The notes under the pieces are model-generated. The model was not told the origin of the DNA. It ran no database searches and worked only from the letters and a program-made list of their open reading frames with translations. From contig NZ_DALYXB010000003.1 of the NCBI RefSeq assembly GCF_031982545.1, positions 240,334 through 304,333 of the forward strand: a DNA stretch of 64,000 nt. The letters run 5' to 3'. The translations under genes and the position numbers were made by a program. How positions within the stretch are numbered: the stretch's first letter is position 1; each line of letters begins with the position of its first letter. The stretch is from Lacrimispora sp. Its GTDB lineage: Bacteria; Bacillota; Clostridia; Lachnospirales; Lachnospiraceae. This document shows, one piece after another, positions 20,556-30,700 of this stretch.

Positions 20556-21427
20556 TATCTGGCAAGCACCTCCGGTCCATCTTCTGTAATTAATACGGTA
20601 TACTCCCATTGGGCAGACAGGCTTCCATCCTTTGTGTAAATGGTCCAGCCATCTGAATCATCCTGTACTACATCAGCCTTTCCTGCATTGACCATAGGCT
20701 CAATGGTAAATATCATTCCGGGGACTAAAAGCATATCCATTCCCCTGGTTCCAATATGGCTGACCCATGGTTCTTCATGAAATTCCACACCAACTCCATG
20801 TCCGCCGATTTCTCTTACCACGGTAAACCCATTGGCATAAATGTATTCCGAGATTACGGCTCCGATATCCCCTAAATGTCCCCAGGCTCTGGCTTCTTTT
20901 AATGCCAGATCCACACTTTCCTTTGTTACACGGACCAGCTTTTCGGCTTCCGGAGACACCTTTCCCATGCAGTACATTCTGGAAGCATCTGCATAATAGC
21001 CACCCACAATGGTGGTCACATCTACATTAATGATGTCTCCTTCTTTTAAAATTCTTTTGGAATCAGGAATTCCATGGCAGACTACCTCGTTGATTGAGGT
21101 ACAGACACTTTTGGGATATCCTTCAAAATTAAGAGGTGCCGGGATTCCGCCCAGACGGAGGGTGGTCTCGTGAACCAGGGTATTTAGATCCTCTGTACTG
21201 ATTCCAGGACGGATCTTCTCACCAACCAGATCAAGAATCTGATTGTTAATAACACCAGCGTGGCGTATGCCTTCTATCTGGGCAGGTGTCTTTATCATGG
21301 AGTGATCCGGCACTTCATCTCCCATGATTTCATAATTCTCAAGCTTTCTGTCAAATTCCAGATGACAGGCTTTATATTTCTTTCCGCTGCCGCACCAGCA
21401 GGGGTCGTTTCTTCCTATTTTAAGCAT
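20555..21427 (-). CDS. map: Type I methionine aminopeptidase with an N-terminal SEC-C zinc motif
   Basis: N-terminal NDPCWCGSGKKYKACH, followed by a MetAP core (VCHGIP, DVT..GGYYADASRM, GHGVG). Confidence 0.9.
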   Translation of the reverse strand: MLKIGRNDPCWCGSGKKYKACHLEFDRKLENYEIMGDEVPDHSMIKTPAQIEGIRHAGVINNQILDLVGEKIRPGISTEDLNTLVHETTLRLGGIPAPLNFEGYPKSVCTSINEVVCHGIPDSKRILKEGDIINVDVTTIVGGYYADASRMYCMGKVSPEAEKLVRVTKESVDLALKEARAWGHLGDIGAVISEYIYANGFTVVREIGGHGVGVEFHEEPWVSHIGTRGMDMLLVPGMIFTIEPMVNAGKADVVQDDSDGWTIYTKDGSLSAQWEYTVLITEDGPEVLAR

Positions 21428-21581
21428 ATTTCTCCTCCTTCTTACTACAACGTTTTAACACGTTTAGAGCCTGTTGTAAAGTGTTTCAGCCAAATATGGA
21501 CAGATAAAAGCCATGGCATTTTACGTTCTTCTATGTTACAATCTTAAGTATTGTAAAAATGAACGCGTTACGGAGGGACAA

Positions 21582-23060
21582 ATGAAACCAGGATTTGATA
21601 ACAACAAGTATTTAACCATGCAGTCAGAGCACATTAAAGAGCGGATCAGCCAGTTCGGGGACAAGCTCTATCTGGAATTCGGGGGAAAGTTATTTGATGA
21701 CTACCACGCTTCCAGAGTGCTTCCAGGCTTTGAGCCGGACAGCAAGCTTCGTATGCTGATGCAGCTCTCTGATCAGGCAGAAATTGTAATTGCCATCAGC
21801 GCTGCTGACATTGAAAAGAACAAGATCCGCCACGATCTTGGCATTACATATGATGTGGATGTATTCCGTCTCATTCAGTCCTTTACGGACAAGGGACTTT
21901 ATGTGGGAAGTGTTGTTATTACCCAGTACTCCGGTCAGAAAGCTGCAGACGTATTTAAGGGAAAGCTGGAATCAATGGGAATTAAGGTGTACCGCCATTA
22001 TATCATTGACGGCTATCCTGCCAACATTTCCTTAATTGTCAGTGATGAAGGTTATGGAAGAAATGATTACATTGAAACCTCCAAGCCCTTAGTGATCATC
22101 ACTGCACCGGGACCTGGCAGCGGAAAGATGGCCACCTGCTTATCCCAGCTTTATCACGAAAACACGAGAGGCGTAAAGGCTGGTTATGCCAAGTTTGAGA
22201 CCTTCCCTATCTGGAATATTCCGTTAAAGCATCCGGTGAATCTTGCTTATGAAGCTGCTACTGCTGATTTAAATGATGTAAATATGATTGATCCCTTCCA
22301 TTTGGAAGCTTATGGGTTAACTACAGTAAATTATAACCGGGATGTGGAAATTTTTCCGGTATTAAGTGCAATCTTTGAGGGAATTTATGGAGAATGTCCT
22401 TACAAATCCCCTACGGACATGGGTGTGAATATGGCCGGACATTGTATCGTAGATGATGAAATCTGCAAGGAAGCATCACGCCAGGAAATTATCAGACGTT
22501 ATTATCAGGCATTATCCCGTCTTGCAAAGGACATGGGCTCCAGGGATGAGGTATATAAAATCGAACTGTTGATGAAGCAGGCAAAGATTAATACGGAGAT
22601 GCGAAAAACCGTAGGCGCTTCCAATGAGCTGGCTCAGAAAAACGGTTCTCCTGCTGCTGCACTTTTGCTGGGTGACGAAACGATAGTAACTGGAAAAACC
22701 ACCAATTTGCTGGGAGCCTCTGCTGCTCTTTTACTGAATGCAGTTAAGGTTCTGGGCAATATCCCTCATGATGTCCATTTAATATCTCCTTCCGCCATTG
22801 AACCGATTCAGAAATTAAAGGTAAAATATCTGGGAAGCAAAAACCCCAGACTTCATACCGATGAAGTGCTGATCGCCCTGTCCGCTTCTGCCGCCACAGA
22901 TGTGAACGCGCAGATTGCCTTAGAGCAGCTTCCCCGGTTAAAAGGGACTGATGCCCACACATCTGTCCTGCTCTCTGATGTTGATGTGAAAACCTTTAAA
23001 AGATTAGGGATCCACCTTACCTGCGAACCGATCTATGAGCAGAAGAAAATATATCATTAA
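21582..23060 (+). CDS. DUF1846 / UPF0371 family protein
   Basis: MKPGFDNNKYLTMQSEHIKERI...LYLEFGGKLFDDYHASRVLPGFEPDSK is the characteristic N-terminus. The ATG at 21582 follows GGAGGGA. Confidence 0.75.
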   Translation: MKPGFDNNKYLTMQSEHIKERISQFGDKLYLEFGGKLFDDYHASRVLPGFEPDSKLRMLMQLSDQAEIVIAISAADIEKNKIRHDLGITYDVDVFRLIQSFTDKGLYVGSVVITQYSGQKAADVFKGKLESMGIKVYRHYIIDGYPANISLIVSDEGYGRNDYIETSKPLVIITAPGPGSGKMATCLSQLYHENTRGVKAGYAKFETFPIWNIPLKHPVNLAYEAATADLNDVNMIDPFHLEAYGLTTVNYNRDVEIFPVLSAIFEGIYGECPYKSPTDMGVNMAGHCIVDDEICKEASRQEIIRRYYQALSRLAKDMGSRDEVYKIELLMKQAKINTEMRKTVGASNELAQKNGSPAAALLLGDETIVTGKTTNLLGASAALLLNAVKVLGNIPHDVHLISPSAIEPIQKLKVKYLGSKNPRLHTDEVLIALSASAATDVNAQIALEQLPRLKGTDAHTSVLLSDVDVKTFKRLGIHLTCEPIYEQKKIYH

Positions 23061-23194
23061 AAACCTGGATATAAACAAACTATTTATTGATAAAAACAAT
23101 CACTGCCGCTGTACAGATAGAGAAACACGATTGGAAGTTCTAAGTATTCAATGTTAATATTAATATATTAAATTTTACAAAGGGGTGTTTCATA

Positions 23195-23683
23195 ATGGAA
23201 ATGAAAAAAGAAGTCAGTGTACAGAAAATCAAAAAAGATGCAGAGGAATTATTCCGGGGTGGATTCTTCTGTTCGGAAGCCGTCGTATCTTCCATCCGGG
23301 ACAACTTTGAACTTGATGTTCCAGATATGGTAATAGCCATGGCCTCCGGGTTTCCCGTAGGAATCGGACGCTCCAAGTGCGTATGCGGAGCCGTGTCCGG
23401 CGGCGTTATGTCTCTTGGCCTTTTCTTTGGACGTACCAGACAGGGGGATCCAAAGGTGGAAAAGAACCTTTTACTGGCCAATGAGCTTCACGACTATTTT
23501 AAAACAGCCAATGGAAAGAATTCTCTATGCTGCCGTGTCCTCACGAAAGAATTCGATATGGCAAGTGGGGAACACAAGGAGCAATGCATTGCGTTTACCG
23601 GACTGGTTGCAGAAAAGGTGGCACAGATTATTGTCCGGGAATTTGAGCTTGTGAATATTGATGAACTTGTAACAGCGGGGTGA
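23195..23683 (+). CDS. C_GCAxxG_C_C family (putative redox-active) protein
   Basis: FFCSEAV...SKCVCGAVSGG...CCRVL...C spacing matches the family pattern. GGGGTG lies upstream of the ATG. Confidence 0.7.
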   Translation: MEMKKEVSVQKIKKDAEELFRGGFFCSEAVVSSIRDNFELDVPDMVIAMASGFPVGIGRSKCVCGAVSGGVMSLGLFFGRTRQGDPKVEKNLLLANELHDYFKTANGKNSLCCRVLTKEFDMASGEHKEQCIAFTGLVAEKVAQIIVREFELVNIDELVTAG

Positions 23684-24636
23684 TGGGCATGAGGGACTTA
23701 ATAAAACGTGTGCCAGTACCTATGTCTGGGGTTATGCTTGGGTGTGCTGCTCTGGGTAATTTACTTCAGAGTTATTCCGAGAGTATCCGCTATGTGTTTG
23801 GAGCCATATCCTTTTTACTTTTTATCCTTCTTCTGTTTAAAGCAGTATTGTACCCGAATGCGGTTAAGGAGGATTTGAAGAATCCAATCATGATGAGTGT
23901 ATCTGCCACATTTCCCATGGGTACTATGTTGTTATCTGTTTACATAAAACCTTTTTCCAATACAGTGGCTTTTACTATCTGGATTTTGGCGATCGCTCTT
24001 CATCTTCTGCTGATTCTTATGTTTACTTATCGGTTTATGAGAAATGTGAATATGAAGAATGTATTTGCCAGTTATTTTATTGTGTATGTGGGCATAGCCG
24101 CTGCAGGAATCACCGCTCCTGCTTATCAGATGAATTTTATTGGAACAGCCGCTTTCTGGTTTGGGTTTATCAGTTTCATTGCTTTACTTGTGCTGGTTGG
24201 GTACCGGCATATCAAATACTCTGAAATACCAGAACCGGCACAGGCACTGTTTTGTATTTTCACAGCGCCTGGGAGCCTGTGTCTGGCAGCCTATCTGCAA
24301 TCGGCGGAGGAGAAAAGCCTGGTACTTGTGTTAGGGCTGGCTGTAATATCCTTTGCATTGTATGTATTGGTACTGGCTGGGTTAATTCCGCTTTTGCAAT
24401 TGCCATTTTATCCAAGTTATTCTGCTTTTACGTTTCCATTTGTCATTAGCGCCATTGCATCGAAGCAGACTGCTGGCTTTCTTATGAAAAATGGAATCCA
24501 GCCATTATACCTGCAGCCAATTATATGGATCCAGACGATCCTCGCTGTGCTGCTTGTCTGCTACACGCTTTTGCGATACGGTATGTTTTTATTGCAGATT
24601 AAGGTTTCACCCGTAAAAGCGAATGCAGCTGATTAA
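23680..24636 (+). CDS. TDT (TehA/Mae1, SLAC1-like) family anion transporter
   Basis: 318 aa with about 10 hydrophobic segments. The N-terminal VPVPMSGVMLGCAALGNLL is typical of TehA-like proteins. The start overlaps the upstream stop (ATGA-type 4-nt overlap at 23680-23683). Confidence 0.6.
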   Translation: MMGMRDLIKRVPVPMSGVMLGCAALGNLLQSYSESIRYVFGAISFLLFILLLFKAVLYPNAVKEDLKNPIMMSVSATFPMGTMLLSVYIKPFSNTVAFTIWILAIALHLLLILMFTYRFMRNVNMKNVFASYFIVYVGIAAAGITAPAYQMNFIGTAAFWFGFISFIALLVLVGYRHIKYSEIPEPAQALFCIFTAPGSLCLAAYLQSAEEKSLVLVLGLAVISFALYVLVLAGLIPLLQLPFYPSYSAFTFPFVISAIASKQTAGFLMKNGIQPLYLQPIIWIQTILAVLLVCYTLLRYGMFLLQIKVSPVKANAAD

Positions 24637-24655
24637 TATAAAGTTTTGACCTTAG

Positions 24656-24690
24656 AACGGGAGCTGTTGCTTTTACGCAACAGCCCCGTT
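24656..24690. terminator. Bidirectional terminator between the convergent TDT and surface-protein genes
   Basis: AACGGGAGCTGTTGC / GCAACAGCCCCGTT stem with one bulge and loop TTTTAC. Confidence 0.6.
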
Positions 24691-24718
24691 TATTCTTATT
24701 TCACTTCAGTTTCAATTC

Positions 24719-27700
24719 CTATCTTTCGTCTTTGCGCCTATGGCTGATTGCCAGATAGGCTGCCAATAAGATGCCCGATACAATCGCTGCAACCCCCTGA
24801 ACAGGCGCCCTGTCACCAGTCTTTGGAAGTCCGGCTAAGGGAATGTTGCCATCGTCAATGGTTACAAGGTTTGTATTCTCCGGCAGGTTCGCCAGAGGAA
24901 CTGGTACAGGCTCAATGGTAACAGTTGTGTCACCAGGGCCTCCTGCCTGGCGGGTTCCGGTTGCTCTTGGACCGCCGCCGGAGCTTCCACCGCTGCTTCC
25001 CCCACTGCTTCCTCCGCCGTTGTAACTCCATAATGCGGTATAAACTACATTTTCTGATACGGTCTTTGCGATTTCTTTATTCCAGCCTATAAAACTGTAG
25101 TTACCGTTTGCTGTAGTCTGCCCTTCAAATGCAGGAACTGCATCGCCATAGCTGAGACCTGTGTTCGTTTGTTCATTAAAGGAACCATGCTCTCCTGGAT
25201 TATAGGTTATTGCAAACTGCTGCTTAAAGTAAACCCTGAGCACCATACCGCCATCGCCTGCGACTGCTGCCTCAAATACATTGGCTGCATTGGAATCAAG
25301 TATATATCCGCTCAATGCTGCCTTATCAGAATCGGTTACAGCTGCCGTCGCATCCGTTGTTCCTGCTCTCAATGAAGAATTATTAGCCTTCTCCGGATAT
25401 TTTCCTTTACTCTCGTAATAGAATTCCACCGTATATTTTGTACTGGTTGAAGAAATCCATTGTGCTACATAAGTGTTGTCTGTTGTAACAACCGGCTCAG
25501 GTTTGGGACTCCAGCCCGCAAATACATATCCTGACTTACCGATGGGCGTCCCGTCATATTCCGGAGTTACTGTGTTGTAATCCAGACCTTCCGCTTTCTG
25601 AATCGCAAAGGTTCCCTGGGTACCTGGCGCATAAGTTACTGTAAACTGCTGTTTGAAGTAAACCTTAAGAACCAGACTTCCATCTCCGGCAATTGCTCCA
25701 CCCAATACATTTTCTTTGGCTTCGTCAAACACGTAACCTGGTTTCTTTATTTGCCTGTCATCAGCAGTCACCTCAGCCGTAGACTCCGTATAACCATTTC
25801 TGGTATACGAATACGTTGGCTGCTCTGCATATTCTCCATTTACCTGATAATACAGGTCTACCATATAATTAACCTGCACCGGATCATAATAAACATTTAT
25901 TACATTGTTTTCTCCGGTTATAACCGTAGGCAGTTCTGGATTGTATGGCTTATCTGATAATCTGTATCCGGCCTTTTCCTTTAAAGTTACCTTATTAACA
26001 GTTGGCTCAGCTACCAATACCTTTTGGTTTTCTTCTGCCCCTGGATCCTCACTGTTATTATAGAAATATTTGATTTTATAATTCAGAGTCTGATCCTCAT
26101 CTATTTCATAATATACAGTTTTTTCGTTAGGGCCTGCTGAGGTGACTGTCATGCTTTCCGGCTGCTCTGCCATCAGCTTATACCCGGTTGTGGTTTTTGG
26201 CGGATTGATCCAGGTTACTTCTCCTACGGGTGCACTTGCTGTCAGAGACTCAAGACCGGGCACCGCAGTTGTAGTATCTTTGATATAGTAATTCACACTA
26301 TAGTCAAACTTCTGGGTTTCATCAATCTCATAATACACCGTCTTCTCGTTGGAGCCTGCTGAGGTGATTGTCATGCTGGTCGGCTGGTCAGCCATCAGCT
26401 TGTAGCCGGTTGCGGTCTTTGACACATTAGTCCAGATAAATTCCCCTACTGGTTCACTTCCTGTCCGGACATCAAGACCTGGTACCGCAGTTGTGGTATC
26501 TTTGATATAGTAATTAACTCTATAATCAAATTTCTGCGTTTCATCAACCTCATAATACACCGTCTTTTCGTTGGGGCCTGCTGCTGTAATCGTCATGCTG
26601 ACTGGCTGGTCGGCCACCAGCTTGTAGCCGGTTGTGGTCTTTGGCGTATTGATCCAGGTGATTTCCCCTACCGGTTCACTTCCTGTCAGAGCAATAAGAC
26701 CTGGTACCGCAGTTGTGGTATCTTTGATATAGTAATTGACACTATAATCAAACTTCTGCGATTCATCAATCTCATAATACACCGACTTCTGATTGGGGCC
26801 TGCCGCTGTGATTGTCATGCTTTCCGGCTGTTCTGCCATCAGCTTATAGCCAGTTGCGGTCTTTGGATCATTACTCCAGGTTATATCCCCTACTGATACA
26901 CTTCCTGTCAGTGGATTAAGACCTGGTACTGCTGTTGTGGTATCTTTAATAAAGAAATTCACCGTATAGCCAAACTTCTGGGTTTCATCAATCTCATAAT
27001 ATACCGTCTTTTCGTTGGGACCTTCTGAGTTGATTGTCATGCTGGTCGGCTGGTCGGCCATCAGCTTATACCCGGTTGGGGTCTTTGACATATTAGTCCA
27101 GGTAAATTCCCCTACCGGTTTCTTTCCTGTCAGAGATTCAAGACCGGGTACCACGGTTGTGGTATCTTTGATATAGTAATTCACACTATAATCAAAACTC
27201 TGGGTTTCATCAATCTCATAATAAACCGTCTTCTCGTTGGGGCCTTCTGCTGTAATCGTCATGCCAGTTGGCTGACCGGCTACCAGTTTATACCCAGTTA
27301 CAGTCTTCGGTTCATTTTTCCAGGTGAATGTTCCTACTGGTTCGTTTCCTGTCAGTGGCGTAAGACCTGGTACCCCAATTGTGGTATCTTTGATATAGTA
27401 GTTTACCTTATAACCAAACTTCTGCGCTTCATCAATCTCATAGTATACTGTTTTTTCGTTAGGACCAGCGGACGTGATTGTCATGCTTTCCGGCTGATCG
27501 TCCACCAGCTTATAGCCAGTTGGGGTCTTAGATTCATTTTTCCAGGTGAATGTTCCTATCGGTTCACTTCCTGTCAATGGCGTAAGACCTGGTACACCAG
27601 TTGTAGTATCTTTGATATAGTAGTTTACCGTATAACCGAACTTTTGGGTCTCATCGATTTCATAGTATACCGTTTTTACGTTGGGACCAGCGGCCGTGAT

Positions 27701-30700
27701 TGTCATGCTTGCCGGCTGCTCAGCTACCAGCTTGTAACCAGTTGCGGTCTTTGGCTCATTTTTCCAGGTAAATGTTCCTACCGGTTCACTTCCTGTCAGT
27801 GGCGTAAGGCCTGGTACTCCAGTTTCAGTATCCTTGATATAGTAGTTTACTGTATAGCCAAATTTCTGCATCTCATCAATTTCATAGTATACCGTCTTCT
27901 CGTTAGGACCAGCGTCTGTGATTGTCATGCTTTCCGGTTGTTCCGCCACCAGCTTATAGCCGGTCTTGGTCTTCGGCTCATTTTTCCAGGTGAATTCACC
28001 TACCGGCGCTTTTCCTGCCAGAGTCGTAAGACCTGGGACTGCAGCTGTTGTTCCTTTAATAAAATAATTCACTGTATAGTCGAACTTCTGGGTTTCATCA
28101 ATTTCATAATATACAGCTTTCACGTTGGGACCGGCTGACGTGATTGTCATGCTATTTGGCTGTCCGGCCATTAGCTTGTAGCCGGTTTCTGTTTTTGGTA
28201 CATTCGTCCAGCTGAGTTCCCCTACCGATGCTCTTTCTGTCAGAGCCTTAAGACCGGGTACTGCTGTTGTGGTATTTTTGATATAGAAGTTCACTGTATA
28301 GTCGAATTTCTGAGTATCATCAATCTCATAATATACCGTTTTCACATTGGGTCCGGCTGACGTGATTGTCATGGTTTCCGGCTGTCCGATCATCAGCCTG
28401 TAGCCAGTTTCTGTCTTTGGCTCATTCCTCCAGCTGAATTCCCCTGCCGGTGCTTTTCCTGACATCGTTGTAAGACCCGGTACTACTGTTGTGGTTCCCT
28501 TAATATAGTAATTCACCGTGTAGTCAAACTTCTGGGTTTCATCAATCTCATAATACACTGTCTTTACGTTAGAACCAGCTGCCGTGATTATCATGCTTGC
28601 CGGCTGTCCGGCCATCAGCTTATAGCCAGTATCTGTCTTTGAAGGATTCGCCCAGCTGTATACCCCTACCGGTGCTTTTCCTGACAGAGCTGTAAGACCT
28701 GGTACCGGGACTGTAGACCCCTTAATAAAGTAATTCACTGTATAGCCAAACTTCTGGGTTTCATCGATCTCATAGTATACTGTCCTGACATTAGGACCAT
28801 CTGCCGTTATTGTCATGCTATTCGGCTGTCCGGCCATCAGCTTGTAGCCGGTTTCTGTCTTCGGCTCATTTCTCCAGCTGAATTCCCCTATGGGTGCTCT
28901 TCCTGTCATCACCGTAATACCTGGTACTGCTGTTGTAGTATCTTTGATATAGTAGTTTACTGTATAGCCAAAGGTTTGGGCTTTATCAACCTCATAGTAC
29001 ACCACTTTTTCATTTGGTCCAGCTGCAGTAATTGTCATGCTTTCCGGCTGTCTGGCCATCAGCTTGTAGCCAGTTTCTGTCTTCGGCTCATTTCTCCAGC
29101 TGAATTCCCCTACTTGTGCACTTCCTGTCAGTGGCGTAAGCCCTGGTACTGCTGTTGTGGTTCCCTTGATATAGTAATTTACCGTGTAATCGAACTTCTG
29201 AGTTTCATCAATCTCGTAGTACACCGTCTTCTCGTTTAAACCATCTGCCGTAATTGTCATGCTCGTTGGCTGTTGTGAGCTGGTCACCAGCTTATAGCCA
29301 GTTGCAGTCTTAGTTACATTACTCCAGGTGAACGTTCCTACCGGCGCACTTCCTGACAGTGGTGCTAACCCTGGTACTGCTGTTGCGGTTCCCTTGATAT
29401 AGTAATTTACCGTATAACTAAACTTTTGGGTTTCATCAGTCTCATAGTACACCGTTTGCACGTTGGGACCAGCTGACGTGATTGCCATGCTTATGGGCTG
29501 TTCGGCCATCAGCTTGTAGCCGGTTGCTGTCTTCGGCTCATTTTTCCATGTGAATGTTCCTACCGGTGCACTTCCTGTCAGGGCTTTAAGACCTGGCACC
29601 ACAGCCGTGGTTCCCTTGATATAGTAATTCACCGTGTAGTCAAACTTTTGGGTGGCATCAACCTCATAGTACACCGTTTGCTGGTTGGGGCCAGCTGCTG
29701 TGATTGTCATGCTGGTTGGCTGGGGCGTACTGGTCACCAGCTTGTAGCCGGTTGCTGTCTTAGTAACATTGCTCCAGGTAAATGTTCCTATTGGTGATTT
29801 TCCATTGAGAGACACCAGCCCTGGTACTGCTGTTGTGGTTCCCTTAATATAGTAATTCACTGTATAGTCAAACTTTTGAGTTTCATCAATTTCATAGTAC
29901 ACCGTCTGCACGTTGGAACCAGTTGCTGTGATTGTCATACTCGTCGGCTGTTGTGAACTGGTTATCAGCTTGTAACCGGTTGTGGTTACTGGATCATTCT
30001 TCCAGGTAAATGTTCCTACCGGTGCACTTCCTGTCAGGGCAAAAAGCCCTGGTACTGGTGTTGTGGTTCCCTTGACAAAGTAATTCACCGTATAACCAAA
30101 CTTCTGCGTTTCATCAATCTCATAATACACGGTTTGCTCGTTGGAACCATCCGCTGTGATTATCATGCTCGTCGGCTGTGACGGACTGGTCACCAGCTTG
30201 TAGCCGGTTGCCGTCTTTGGTTCATTTTTCCAGGTAAATGTTCCTACCGGTGCACTTCCAGTCAGAGCTACAAGACCGGGCACTGCTGCCGTGGTACCCT
30301 TGATATAATAATTTACCGTATAACCAAACTTCTGGGTGTCATCTACGACAAACCTGGCATAGAAAGTAGTGCCGTCTCCCCAGCCGGAGGCCGGACGATC
30401 CGGTGTGTACTTAGCTGAAGCGGATACCGGAACCGTACACGCTGCATCACTATACCAACCGCTAAATTTATACCCCTTATCCGGGGTTGCCGCAGCACCT
30501 TTGGAAACTCCAATGTCCGGATTTAAATATTCACTAGCTGGAGAAACATTCCCTTCTCCCACTGCCTGATACTTAATCTGAACACTGTTTTTTAACCTCC
30601 ATTGTGCATATAAAGTTACTGTGTTGTCCGCTTTCGAATGATTTTCAGTAATAAAATCCTTTGTAAGGCTGAACGAGTCTCCTTCATTGAAGGCTTCTCC

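Noticed and set aside
23140-23481. Minus-strand 113-aa ORF opposite the C_GCAxxG_C_C gene
   Set aside because: The plus-strand frame carries the family's cysteine signature and an RBS. The antisense ORF is Ser/Pro/Thr-rich with no start context.
27644-29239. Plus-strand ORFs of 87-164 aa antisense to the adhesin repeats (27644-28138, 28976-29239)
   Set aside because: They are mirror-image artefacts of a repetitive, codon-biased gene on the other strand. Their sequences are low-complexity and Cys/Arg-rich, they have no RBS, and they recur because the sense repeats recur.
26102-30343. Regular ~222-bp periodicity that could superficially suggest a repeat array such as CRISPR or satellite DNA
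   Set aside because: The period is far too long for CRISPR and there are no unique spacers. Every unit is in frame within one long ORF and encodes a conserved 74-76-aa domain. These are coding domain repeats.
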